From IMG/VR virus record IMGVR_UViG_3300028585_000047, positions 1-37,742 of that record: DNA of 37,742 nt. One strand, given 5' to 3'. The notes below the pieces were generated by a model. The model did not search any database, was not told the DNA's origin, and saw nothing but the letters and a program-made list of their open reading frames with translations. Within the stretch, counting starts at the first letter, position 1; every line of letters begins with the position of its first letter. The DNA is from a virus. Taxonomy: Duplodnaviria; Caudoviricetes. Shown piece by piece: positions 1 through 7,965 of the stretch. The translations under genes and the position numbers were made by a program.

Positions 1-1
1 C

Positions 2-232
2 GGTATTGCAAAAATCGTCGAACGCAGCAAGGTGCCGGTGATTCCGATGGCGCTGCGCGGCCTGTGGGGTAGCTGGTTTACGCGCGACAAGAGCGACTTG
101 CTTGGGCGCCGCATCACCCGCGGCATCCGTTCGCAGCTGGCGCTGGCGGTGGGGCAGCCAGTGGCGCCGGAGCAGGCCACGCCCGAGTACTTGCAGCAGC
201 AGGTGATGGCGCTGCGTGGGGACTGGAAGTAG
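2..232 (+). CDS. 3' end of host gene, likely C-terminal PlsC-type acyltransferase domain (Aas/MFS-acyltransferase fusion-like); partial
   Basis: Open frame from the window edge: [26 protein letters not shown], typical of the last block of LPLAT acyltransferases; lies outside attL. Confidence 0.6.
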   Translation, partial: GIAKIVERSKVPVIPMALRGLWGSWFTRDKSDLLGRRITRGIRSQLALAVGQPVAPEQATPEYLQQQVMALRGDWK

Positions 233-295
233 GTGAGCGGGGCCTTCGACGATCCTGCGGCGTATGGTAAAAACGCAAGATTTTTTCGAAGGCTC

Positions 296-304
296 TGCTA
301 TAAT
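296..304 (+). promoter_or_regulatory. Extended -10 promoter (TG-C-TATAAT) for tRNA-Pro
   Basis: TGCTATAAT ending 11 nt upstream of the mature tRNA 5' end. Confidence 0.6.
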
Positions 305-315
305 TGTCGACTAGT

Positions 316-393
<78 letters not shown>

Positions 394-433
394 TAGAATC
401 ATCAACTTACAGCGTAGGCTGTATGGAAAAACA

Positions 434-476
434 GCACTGGATATTAGATGTTCATCTAATACCGGTGCTTTTTTTT
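434..476 (+). terminator. Phage-supplied intrinsic terminator for the reconstituted tRNA-Pro
   Basis: Hairpin GCACTGGATATTAGATG-TT-CATCTAATACCGGTGC followed by T8. Confidence 0.75.
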
Positions 477-510
477 ACCACGTTACACGGCGATTTCTCA
501 TTGGGGAGAT

Positions 511-1020
511 ATGGATTTAACGACCTTCGTCCAGCAAACTGCGGCGTTTTTCGCTGGCACGAGCCTGGCAGCGGTAGTTATTGTCTGGCTCGGAAAGACT
601 TGGGCTGAGCAGCGAATCCAGAAATCCATTGAGCATGCGTATGCAAAACAGCTCGCTGACTATCAAGCCGCAATTGACGAAAAGCTAGCATCCCAGCAAG
701 AGCAAAGAGAAATTCGCTTGCGAGCTGCGCTTATTGCGGATTTATTGGCGTGCTGGCTTGCTAATACGGACGACAGCCGCAGAGAGATGAATCGCTTGTC
801 GTTTGAGGCGTTTTTGTGGTTACCGCAGGATGTAGCTGAGAAATTATCGGACACACTAGCGCACACCCCTGGAGCGAAATCGGTGCCTGAACTGATAGCG
901 GAGGTCCGCAAATTGTTGCTCGGGCCTCAGGATAGTTTAGATTGGCGCCATGTGATCAGTTTCCGACAAGTAGCGCGTCATAATTCGGCTGCTCGTCCTG
1001 GTCGAGGTCCGACTCCATAA
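511..1020 (+). CDS. Moron: hypothetical membrane-anchored protein (N-terminal TM + coiled coil)
   Basis: SD GGAG; lower GC than the phage backbone; hydrophobic aa ~10-28 then heptad-like helix; opposite strand to the late operon. Confidence 0.75.
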   Translation: MDLTTFVQQTAAFFAGTSLAAVVIVWLGKTWAEQRIQKSIEHAYAKQLADYQAAIDEKLASQQEQREIRLRAALIADLLACWLANTDDSRREMNRLSFEAFLWLPQDVAEKLSDTLAHTPGAKSVPELIAEVRKLLLGPQDSLDWRHVISFRQVARHNSAARPGRGPTP

Positions 1021-1024
1021 TGGA

Positions 1025-1315
1025 TCAGTACTCGAAACGCACTGTCCACTCTTGCACATAGGCCGGGCCCTTATCGCCGTCCGGCCGATCCTCGCCCTTG
1101 AGCAGCATGCCAGCGCCGTGCATCGTGGTCAGCCGGGCTTCGTACAGCACCAGCAGCGGGCCGCCCACCTGGCGTCCGGGGTCGACAACCTCGGCCTGCA
1201 TGGTGGCGCCGACGCCGTACACCCGCACCTCACCCTCCACCGGAATCGCCGCCGCGATCTGTTGATCAGACATTCGCTTGCCGCGCTCCCGCAGCTGTTT
1301 GACTTTCGCACGCAT
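1025..1315 (-). CDS. Hypothetical protein (96 aa, MRAKVKQLRERG...), probably leaderless
   Basis: High-GC3 codon usage; the ATG at 1315 follows TGC-TACACT by 6 nt; start revised from the ORF track (1363). Confidence 0.65.
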   Translation of the reverse strand: MRAKVKQLRERGKRMSDQQIAAAIPVEGEVRVYGVGATMQAEVVDPGRQVGGPLLVLYEARLTTMHGAGMLLKGEDRPDGDKGPAYVQEWTVRFEY

Positions 1316-1333
1316 CAGGCGAGTGTAGCACCG

Positions 1334-1347
1334 TTGAGCTAGATCAA
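1334..1347. promoter_or_regulatory. FNR/CRP-family-like binding site TTGAG-CTAG-ATCAA
   Basis: 9/10 match to the FNR consensus TTGAT-N4-ATCAA, in the 65-bp gap between divergent ORFs. Confidence 0.5.
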
Positions 1348-1380
1348 AGCCTATCGTGGACAAGCTGCTACGGTCTGCTG

Positions 1381-1608
1381 ATGAACAAGCGAACTGATCG
1401 TGCCAGAGCCCTGCAGGTTGACCTGGCTGTGAATATTGCAGCAGTCTATGGTGCGGCCGCTGGCGTGATGTCGCTGCTGGGGCAGGGCATTCCCGCCTCG
1501 GTCCTGCAGCGCGTGCTCATGGATGTGGGGCCGCGTCGAGGGGCTCCCCGAGAAGCCGCTCCATCATCGCCTCAGCCTGATCACACAGGTTCGCCCCCCC
1601 AGCAATGA
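1381..1608 (+). CDS. Hypothetical protein (75 aa), probably leaderless
   Basis: The ATG follows TGC-TACGGT by 6 nt; overlaps a convergent ORF at its 3' end. Confidence 0.5.
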   Translation: MNKRTDRARALQVDLAVNIAAVYGAAAGVMSLLGQGIPASVLQRVLMDVGPRRGAPREAAPSSPQPDHTGSPPQQ

Positions 1609-1702
1609 CCACGAGCCGTGGCCCGACATCCTTGCCGGCCTGGTGAACAGTCAGTACGTGGCCGCCGCCGCCCGGGGTGATGGCATAGATGTCGAAGTCC
1701 AT
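1517..1702 (-). CDS. Small hypothetical protein (MDFDIYAITPGGGG..., 61 aa), last ORF of the late operon
   Basis: ATG 2 nt after the DUF1353 stop; phage-like codon usage. Confidence 0.45.
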   Translation of the reverse strand: MDFDIYAITPGGGGHVLTVHQAGKDVGPRLVVIAGGANLCDQAEAMMERLLGEPLDAAPHP

Positions 1703-1704
1703 CA

Positions 1705-2100
1705 CTACACCGGAGCTGGGTTCCCGCTGTAGCGGGAACTGCCGAATGCACGCACTGCGGCCCACATGGCGAGCCGCCGCCACTTTGCCACGCCGCATGC
1801 CTCCAGCGCCTCCAGATACAGGTCGTCGGCCGCGTCACGCGGCACGAGGCCTTTCTCGTAGGCGAAGTCATGGATCACCGCAGCCTCGTCGCCCACGCCG
1901 CCGAACAGCCAGTAGGTGAGCGGCGCGCGCGGCACGCTGGCGAAGTCGGTGACGAAGCCGGTCGGCACGTGAACCTGGAGGCCGAGCAGCACCGATTCGA
2001 ACACCAGCGGCGACAGCAGGATGCGATCGGCGCTGGCCAGGCCCACGCGGTCCGTGCGCAGCGTCGACAGGAACCGCGCCTTACTTGCTGGCGGCGCCAT
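1705..2100 (-). CDS. DUF1353 domain protein (lysis-cassette associated)
   Basis: Signature VPTGFVTDFASVPR...AAVIHDFAY...ADDLYLEAL...MWAAVRAFG. Confidence 0.85.
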   Translation of the reverse strand: MAPPASKARFLSTLRTDRVGLASADRILLSPLVFESVLLGLQVHVPTGFVTDFASVPRAPLTYWLFGGVGDEAAVIHDFAYEKGLVPRDAADDLYLEALEACGVAKWRRLAMWAAVRAFGSSRYSGNPAPV

Positions 2101-2200
2101 TGCGCACCTCGTCGCCGGTGTAGGTGCCGCTGCACTGCAGGGCGAGGTTCGAGCAGCCGGCCAGGGTGAGTAGGGCGGCGAGCAGCAGGATGCGTTTCAT
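2081..2200 (-). CDS. Small lipoprotein (39 aa), o-spanin/Rz1-like candidate
   Basis: MKRILLLAALLTLAG^C lipobox; ATGA overlap with the endolysin stop; SD AAGGA. Confidence 0.7.
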   Translation of the reverse strand: MKRILLLAALLTLAGCSNLALQCSGTYTGDEVRNGAASK

Positions 2201-2658
2201 GGTTTTCCTTTCAAGTGGTCGTACTGGGACATATGCCGGCCGCGCATGACGGCGATCAGGTTCTCGGCGTACTTCGGGTCGGTGGCGTAGCCGGCCTTCT
2301 GGGCGGCGCGGGCCCATGCTTCGCCGGTCACTTCCTGGAAGCAGGCGGCATAGCGCGGGTTCACCTTGAAGAACTTCGCCCGGTCGGCGATGCAGTCGTC
2401 CAGGGTTGCGTAGGCGCGGAACTTGGCCACGATGTTCACGCGCTTGCCGGCGACGTATTCATGGGTCGGCACGTCGACGGTCTTGCCTTTCCAGGAGCGG
2501 TCAGCCTTGATGCCGAACAGGTTGTTGCCCGGGGCGCGCGAGCCCCAGCCGGATTCGAGCGCGGCCTGGGCAAGCGTGAACGACGCCGGGATTCCGGCAT
2601 CGCGATGAATGCGTTGGGCGGCCGGCAGCAGCAGGTTGATGAATGCGAGCGGTGGCAT
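2197..2658 (-). CDS. Endolysin, glycoside hydrolase family 73 (glucosaminidase/FlgJ-like), 153 aa
   Basis: AQAALESGWG, NNLFGIKA, FRAY and GYATDPKYA motifs; start MPPLAF at 2658 after SD AAGGA. Confidence 0.9.
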   Translation of the reverse strand: MPPLAFINLLLPAAQRIHRDAGIPASFTLAQAALESGWGSRAPGNNLFGIKADRSWKGKTVDVPTHEYVAGKRVNIVAKFRAYATLDDCIADRAKFFKVNPRYAACFQEVTGEAWARAAQKAGYATDPKYAENLIAVMRGRHMSQYDHLKGKP

Positions 2659-2660
2659 GG

Positions 2661-3002
2661 TCAGTCCTTCGGGGTGTCGGGTGGGAGGCTGAACTTCGTA
2701 TTGGCCAGGCTCTCGAGCTTGAACAGCGCGCGGCTGCCCATGTGGGCCATGATTCCGACCAGCGCATACTTGAGCGAGATAGGCGCGCCGATGTAGTCGC
2801 ACAGGTGGGCGGTGACGATCCCGGTAAAGCCCGAGATGCACAGCTCGCCGATGAACTCGGTCACGTTCCATGCGCGCGCGTGGCCGTCGCGCAGCTTGCG
2901 CATGAAACTGGCCCAGCCGCCCCACAGAGAGATGCCGATCAGCAGTGCCCAGCTGAGCAGGGTGTCGTAGTCGAAGCCGCCAGGTGGCGGAGTTTGGTTC
3001 AT
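2661..3002 (-). CDS. Holin (LydA-like family)
   Basis: 113 aa, 2-3 TM segments, ISLWGGWASF...GELCISGFTG; directly upstream of the endolysin. Confidence 0.85.
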   Translation of the reverse strand: MNQTPPPGGFDYDTLLSWALLIGISLWGGWASFMRKLRDGHARAWNVTEFIGELCISGFTGIVTAHLCDYIGAPISLKYALVGIMAHMGSRALFKLESLANTKFSLPPDTPKD

Positions 3003-3016
3003 GGTGGTCTTTCAGG

Positions 3017-3043
3017 AAAAGAAAAGGCCACCCGAAGGTGGCC
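3017..3043 (-). terminator. Intrinsic terminator between the ejection genes and the lysis cassette
   Basis: GGCCACC-TTCG-GGTGGCC followed by TTTTCTTTT on the - strand. Confidence 0.8.
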
Positions 3044-3074
3044 GTATAATTGTTGAAACTTCTTGGGGTAACGA

Positions 3075-3152
3075 ATGCACTTCGATCCGATCCAGCTGGG
3101 CGCCGTACTCGGGTTCATCATCAACGCCTGGTGGTCGTCACGGCGTAAGTAG
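3075..3152 (+). CDS. Unannotated 25-aa hydrophobic peptide MHFDPIQLGAVLGFIINAWWSSRRK (Ldr/Fst-like)
   Basis: TATAAT at 3045..3050, G-rich SD-like GGGG, single TM plus basic tail; below the ORF-track size cutoff. Confidence 0.5.
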   Translation: MHFDPIQLGAVLGFIINAWWSSRRK

Positions 3153-5321
3153 CCGGCGCTGCCTCTCCTCCTCTGATTCCACGCCCATGAACGCCGCCGG
3201 CGATAGCAGTAGCCCGCGCTGATCCGCTGGTACCGTTTGGCGGGGCCCGGCCAACGTGCGCGGCACGTCAAGCGCGCGGCTCGACTGCATACCCACCTGG
3301 ATGTTCTGCAGCGGCTCGCCGATTGCGGCCTGGCCGAATGGCAGCTTCGAAATCAGCGACTGGCTCAGGATGCGCTCCGCGAGCCCTCCCAGCGCGCCGG
3401 CCGTGTTCGAGTTGTTCACCGCGGCGCCGCTCGGCTGAAACTGCTCATAACGCGACACGCGCCCAATCGCCTTCAACTGATTGATCTCGGCCGGCTGGAA
3501 GAACAAGCGAAGCTTGCGCTCGCCGATCTGCTCGAGCGCCTTCGTGTAGGCGGCGCTGCTGAAATTGCCGACCTCATCGGCCTGGCCGTTCAGCGCGCGC
3601 GACTGCAAGAACCCTGTGATCTGCTCCCGGACGGCATTCATCGCGCCCGTGTTCGCCTTGATCGAGCTCTTGAGCTGCGCCACGTCCATGAAGTTGGACT
3701 TCGACCCGGCACCGACGATGAACTGCTGCACGAACTTGTCCGGCTCGACGCCATCCCGCACAGCCTGCAATGCTGGCGTGCGCTCGACCATCCCCATGTA
3801 CATGCGGTTAACGCGGCGCGCGCGAGTGAACGCGTCGATTGCCTCCTGGCCGACGTTGCGCGGGCCGCCCAGCGTTGCGGCGCCCGAAGCGGTCTCGCTG
3901 GCCTGCAGCAGGGGGGTATCATCCAGCGCCTGGCGCACAGCGCCCAGGGCGAAGCGGGTATTGCCGTCAGCGGTACTGCGCTGCAGGCGACCGATCGAGG
4001 TCTTGAACTGCTCGGCGATCTCTACGGTGAGTGGCACCTTGCCAGAGGCGAAATCGTTCAGCTTGCCCCGTATGTCGGGCGTGAGGAACGATTCGACGTT
4101 CGCTTCATGTAGCAGGTTGCCAGCGCGCTGAGTGAAGACCGAAGGGTCCAGTTCGGCGCTGCGCCCACTGGAGTCCCGCGCGCGGTCGTACAGCCGGCCG
4201 ATCAGGTCGCGCGCGCGTTCGTCGCGCCGCTCGAGCGCGCCGATGATGCGTTCGCCGCCAGCATAGGCGTCGTCGGCCCCGCCAGCGCCCAGGTTGTTCA
4301 AACCCTGCTTGAGCAGCTGATTGTTGCGGTTCTCCGTTTGGCCGAGGAACTGCGCGGTGCTGTCCCGGCTGTTCACGCCCAGCTTGGCCAGGTTGCGCTG
4401 CTGGGTGACCACGGCCGGATCCAGCGTCAGGCCGGCGGCCGTCGGTGTCAGCCCAGTCAGCCGATAGTCGGCCAGGCGCCGCACTGCATCGGGCGAGACC
4501 TGGTCGCTGGTGCGAAACGCCGCGGCCACGTCGTTGCGGATGCTCTGCGCCACCTGGGCCGGCAGCTGGTCCAGCGTGATGCCGGAACCCTGTAGGGCGC
4601 TGTTAATGGTGATGTTGATCTGCTGGGCCTGCTCACCGGTAGGTGCGGCTGGCGCCAGGCGGCGCTGGACAGCGGTTGCTGTGCGCTGTGTACCACCCAT
4701 TGCCGCCGGCGTGGCAAGGCTGGCGAGCAGGGAGGCGGTCAGTTGCGCGCCGTCGCCCCCGCCGGTCTCGCGCGTGTAGCCGCCGGCCAGGCCAGCAGCG
4801 CCGGCCGAACCCAGTTGCTGCCCGGGATTCGACGCCAGGAACTGCGCTGCCGCCTTCGTGCCGCCGGTGGTGGCCTGGCTGACTTTCGACGCTGCCCCCA
4901 GAGTGCCGCCACCACCCACCACCAGGCGCGTGGCGTCACCGATGATGCGCTCGCTCGCGGTTCGTGGCTGCGGCAGGCCCAGGCTGTCGGCGATGGATCC
5001 ACCAGTGCGCGCAGTCGGCTTGTTGCCCAGGATTGGGCTGGCCAGCGTGCGCAGCGGATTGCCGACGAAGGTATCGAACACGTCGCCCGCACCTTCCAGC
5101 CCGTAGCGCGCGGTCAGGCCGACCTGGCGCGGCACATCGACGATTGCGTCGCCCAGGTCTTCGCCGAATGGCTTTTTGCGCGCGGCCGGCGCAGGCGCGG
5201 CCGACTGCTGCTGGCCAAGCTGCGCGGCGATCATCTGCTGCGCCTGCTCCGGCGTCGTCCCTTCCGGAACCTCGAATCGGCCCACCCGGCCGTCCGGCAT
5301 TTCAAAGCGTGCGATAGGCAT
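3138..5321 (-). CDS. Internal virion DNA ejection protein (P22 gp16-like position), 727 aa
   Basis: Large Ala/Gly/Gln-rich helical protein, last of three such genes after the tail genes; N-terminus FEMPDGRVGRFEVPEG. Confidence 0.7.
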   Translation of the reverse strand: MPIARFEMPDGRVGRFEVPEGTTPEQAQQMIAAQLGQQQSAAPAPAARKKPFGEDLGDAIVDVPRQVGLTARYGLEGAGDVFDTFVGNPLRTLASPILGNKPTARTGGSIADSLGLPQPRTASERIIGDATRLVVGGGGTLGAASKVSQATTGGTKAAAQFLASNPGQQLGSAGAAGLAGGYTRETGGGDGAQLTASLLASLATPAAMGGTQRTATAVQRRLAPAAPTGEQAQQINITINSALQGSGITLDQLPAQVAQSIRNDVAAAFRTSDQVSPDAVRRLADYRLTGLTPTAAGLTLDPAVVTQQRNLAKLGVNSRDSTAQFLGQTENRNNQLLKQGLNNLGAGGADDAYAGGERIIGALERRDERARDLIGRLYDRARDSSGRSAELDPSVFTQRAGNLLHEANVESFLTPDIRGKLNDFASGKVPLTVEIAEQFKTSIGRLQRSTADGNTRFALGAVRQALDDTPLLQASETASGAATLGGPRNVGQEAIDAFTRARRVNRMYMGMVERTPALQAVRDGVEPDKFVQQFIVGAGSKSNFMDVAQLKSSIKANTGAMNAVREQITGFLQSRALNGQADEVGNFSSAAYTKALEQIGERKLRLFFQPAEINQLKAIGRVSRYEQFQPSGAAVNNSNTAGALGGLAERILSQSLISKLPFGQAAIGEPLQNIQVGMQSSRALDVPRTLAGPRQTVPADQRGLLLSPAAFMGVESEEERQRRLLTP

Positions 5322-6592
5322 TATTCAAATCCCAAGAATTTGACGCCGCCGCCGGAGCCATTGCCCTGGCCGCCGGTGGCGTCGTACTTGTCGTACAGCG
5401 TGCGTAGGGTGCGCAGCGCCGCTTTTTTCGTCGCGTTCGGCACGGTGGGGTCGCCGACCTGCGCCGCCATCTGGCGGTACAGCTCAACGTCCATGTTCGA
5501 CTGCGGGCCTTCCATTCGCGGTTGGGCCATCATGATGTTGCCCTCCAGAACGCGGAGCTGCGCGATGTTTTGCGCACCATCGGTCGAGACGCCTGCGAGG
5601 CGAGCAAGCTGGTCGATGCCCGCGCCGGCGTAAGAGCCGGTTGCACCACCAATGAGCTTTTCGGCCTGGCCGATAAGTGGCATCAGGTTTTTCGCTGCTG
5701 CCGTCTTCTTCGCCGCGTTCTCGCCCGGTACCGCCTGGCCGTTCATCATCACCGGACGCGCTTGCCCAGTTCCCTTATCGATCAGCATCGGGCCCTGCAC
5801 CGGATCGTTGACGATCTGAGTGCGCTGGCCCATCCGATTGACGTCGTTTGCCTCCCGCTGGCGTGCATCGGTCATGTTCTGGCCGCGCTGCGAGGTCCAG
5901 GACGACAACTGCGCATCTGGCGACGCCGAATTGTCCAGCGAGTTGACCAGGTTGCCGGTGTAGTCGTCCACGAAGCCAGTCTTCCCGCCCAGGTTCACCG
6001 CCGACAGCTTTTCGCGCGGCTTCACGCCGTCGAGACGGCGGATGCTGCCGTCCTTCGCAACCAGGTACTGGAAGACGTTGCCCTCGCCATCGGTACCGAC
6101 CTGGGGTTTCGTGTCGAACTCGGGCCCCGATTTGGCCAGCGATCGCTTGATCTCAAGCGCGCGCAGCGGGTTGATCTGCATCATCGCGGCCACATAGGCG
6201 TCCGGGTCGAACTGATCTTGGAACTCACCGATGCGTCCAGCGTTCTCCGCGGTGGGACCGCCAGGCAGGGAGGCGGCCTGCTGGCCAGGCGTCCGGACGG
6301 CGCCGCGCGCGGCTGCTAGCTCCTGCTCTTGCATTGCACGGGCACGATCCTGGGTGGCCAGGTCGGCTTCGGCGCCGCGGATCTGCAGATCGCGCATGCG
6401 CGTGTCCTGCTGGCGTGCCTGCTGCTCGGCCATCGAACCCTGGTAGGCCATGACGCCGCGCCCCAGGACCTGGCCGAAGCCGACTGGCGTGCGCGAGGGG
6501 CCCGAGGCTTCCAGCATCTGCGCCGCTGCGGCCATGAGGCCCTGATTTTGCTCAGGGCTAAGATTTTGAAGCATGTCGAGTAGTCCGGCCAT
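5321..6592 (-). CDS. Internal virion DNA ejection protein (P22 gp20-like position), 423 aa
   Basis: MAGLLDML N-terminus; Gln/Ala/Gly-rich; translationally coupled to the next gene. Confidence 0.7.
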   Translation of the reverse strand: MAGLLDMLQNLSPEQNQGLMAAAAQMLEASGPSRTPVGFGQVLGRGVMAYQGSMAEQQARQQDTRMRDLQIRGAEADLATQDRARAMQEQELAAARGAVRTPGQQAASLPGGPTAENAGRIGEFQDQFDPDAYVAAMMQINPLRALEIKRSLAKSGPEFDTKPQVGTDGEGNVFQYLVAKDGSIRRLDGVKPREKLSAVNLGGKTGFVDDYTGNLVNSLDNSASPDAQLSSWTSQRGQNMTDARQREANDVNRMGQRTQIVNDPVQGPMLIDKGTGQARPVMMNGQAVPGENAAKKTAAAKNLMPLIGQAEKLIGGATGSYAGAGIDQLARLAGVSTDGAQNIAQLRVLEGNIMMAQPRMEGPQSNMDVELYRQMAAQVGDPTVPNATKKAALRTLRTLYDKYDATGGQGNGSGGGVKFLGFE

Positions 6593-6601
6593 GTGGCCTC
6601 C

Positions 6602-7963
6602 TTACCAAGAATAGGGGAACGACTGCACCGGCAGGTTCGACGGCGCGAAGCCATAGTTCCCGGCCGATCCCGTGGTTTGCAGCGAGGTCGCGCCCGAGCT
6701 ACCGCCGAAGAGTCCGCCGAGCTGGCTACCGAGCTGCAGGCCCATCAGGCCGCCGCCCAGCGCGCTACCGGCGCCATTGGCGGAAACCGGGTTCTGTGTC
6801 GGGCTGCCAGCCAGATACGGCTGCAGCAACGAATTCACGGCTTGCGTGCGGTCGAGCTTCCAGTTGTCGTTTGCATTGACCTGGGCCGACGCCTGGCCGG
6901 TCAGGCCTGACAGCAACCCTGCGCCCGCCAGGTTTGAGCTGTTGTTCTGGGCATTGGTTGCCAGCTGCGCCTGCTGATTGGCCAAGCCCGCCTGCTGGCC
7001 CAGCCCGGCGTTGAACTGGCCAGTCTGCTGGGCGAGACCGGCGTTGAACTGGTTGTTCTGCTGCGTCATGCTGGCGTTGTTTTGCAGAATGTTATTGTGG
7101 TTCGCAACGTTCGTGAACTCAGCCTGATTCTTAGTCGCTGCGTTTTGCTGCGCTACGCCGTACTGCTGGGCGCCAAGACCCTGTGTGGCGGCCAGCTGGC
7201 GATCGCGATCGGTGTTGTACGCGCCGGCCTGTGCCGATACGGCTGCATCGGTGTTGTTCTGCCCGAACTGCGATGCCGCGCGCGCCAAGTTGGTGTTCAT
7301 GCTGTCGATGGCCTTGCCCTCGGCAATGCCCTGGCGCGAACCACCGAACTGGCCGGCCAGCACCGAGTTACCCCGGATGCTACCCAGCACATCCTGGGTC
7401 GCCGCCTTCGCGTCGGTGACCATGTTGCCGAACGCGTTCGTGCTCTGGTTGATGCCCTTCTGGATCGATCCAGTCAGGTATGGGTTCGAACCAGGTGCGC
7501 CGTTGATCAGGCTGTTGTAGGAGCCGGACAGGTCAATGTTGTTCTGCGAAGGCGCTTTGACATCACTGCCGACCGCCCATGCAGGGCCGCTGATCAGTGC
7601 GCCTGCAGACTGAGCGCCGTTGGAAGATGCAGCGCCAGTTTGAGCGGCCTGCATCGTCGGCGCCGTGGTTCCTTGCATCGCCTTATAGGCTGCGTCACGC
7701 GACGCGCCCAGGTCGTTCGCGCCATAAGCGCCCAAGTAGGCCTCATTCGCGTTCGCGAAGCTCTGCGCCCCATTCGACCGTGGTTGTTCGAACAGGTCGC
7801 GATATTGCGACAGCAGGCCGCGATCGCCTTCGCCACCGAAAATCGTGCGGTCGATGCGCGGATCGAGCTGACCAGCTTTTCCTGCTGCTTTTGCACTGTT
7901 TTTGCTCGACATGTAGCTGCTGACTGCGCCGATGGCGGCGCCGCCAATTGATCCCCAGGACAT
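6602..7963 (-). CDS. Internal virion pilot/ejection protein (P22 gp7-like position), 453 aa
   Basis: Gly-rich hydrophobic N-terminus (WGSIGGAAIGAV); Q/N/A-rich repeats; C-terminal GG-rich hydrophobic segment. Confidence 0.7.
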   Translation of the reverse strand: MSWGSIGGAAIGAVSSYMSSKNSAKAAGKAGQLDPRIDRTIFGGEGDRGLLSQYRDLFEQPRSNGAQSFANANEAYLGAYGANDLGASRDAAYKAMQGTTAPTMQAAQTGAASSNGAQSAGALISGPAWAVGSDVKAPSQNNIDLSGSYNSLINGAPGSNPYLTGSIQKGINQSTNAFGNMVTDAKAATQDVLGSIRGNSVLAGQFGGSRQGIAEGKAIDSMNTNLARAASQFGQNNTDAAVSAQAGAYNTDRDRQLAATQGLGAQQYGVAQQNAATKNQAEFTNVANHNNILQNNASMTQQNNQFNAGLAQQTGQFNAGLGQQAGLANQQAQLATNAQNNSSNLAGAGLLSGLTGQASAQVNANDNWKLDRTQAVNSLLQPYLAGSPTQNPVSANGAGSALGGGLMGLQLGSQLGGLFGGSSGATSLQTTGSAGNYGFAPSNLPVQSFPYSW

Positions 7964-7965
7964 GG

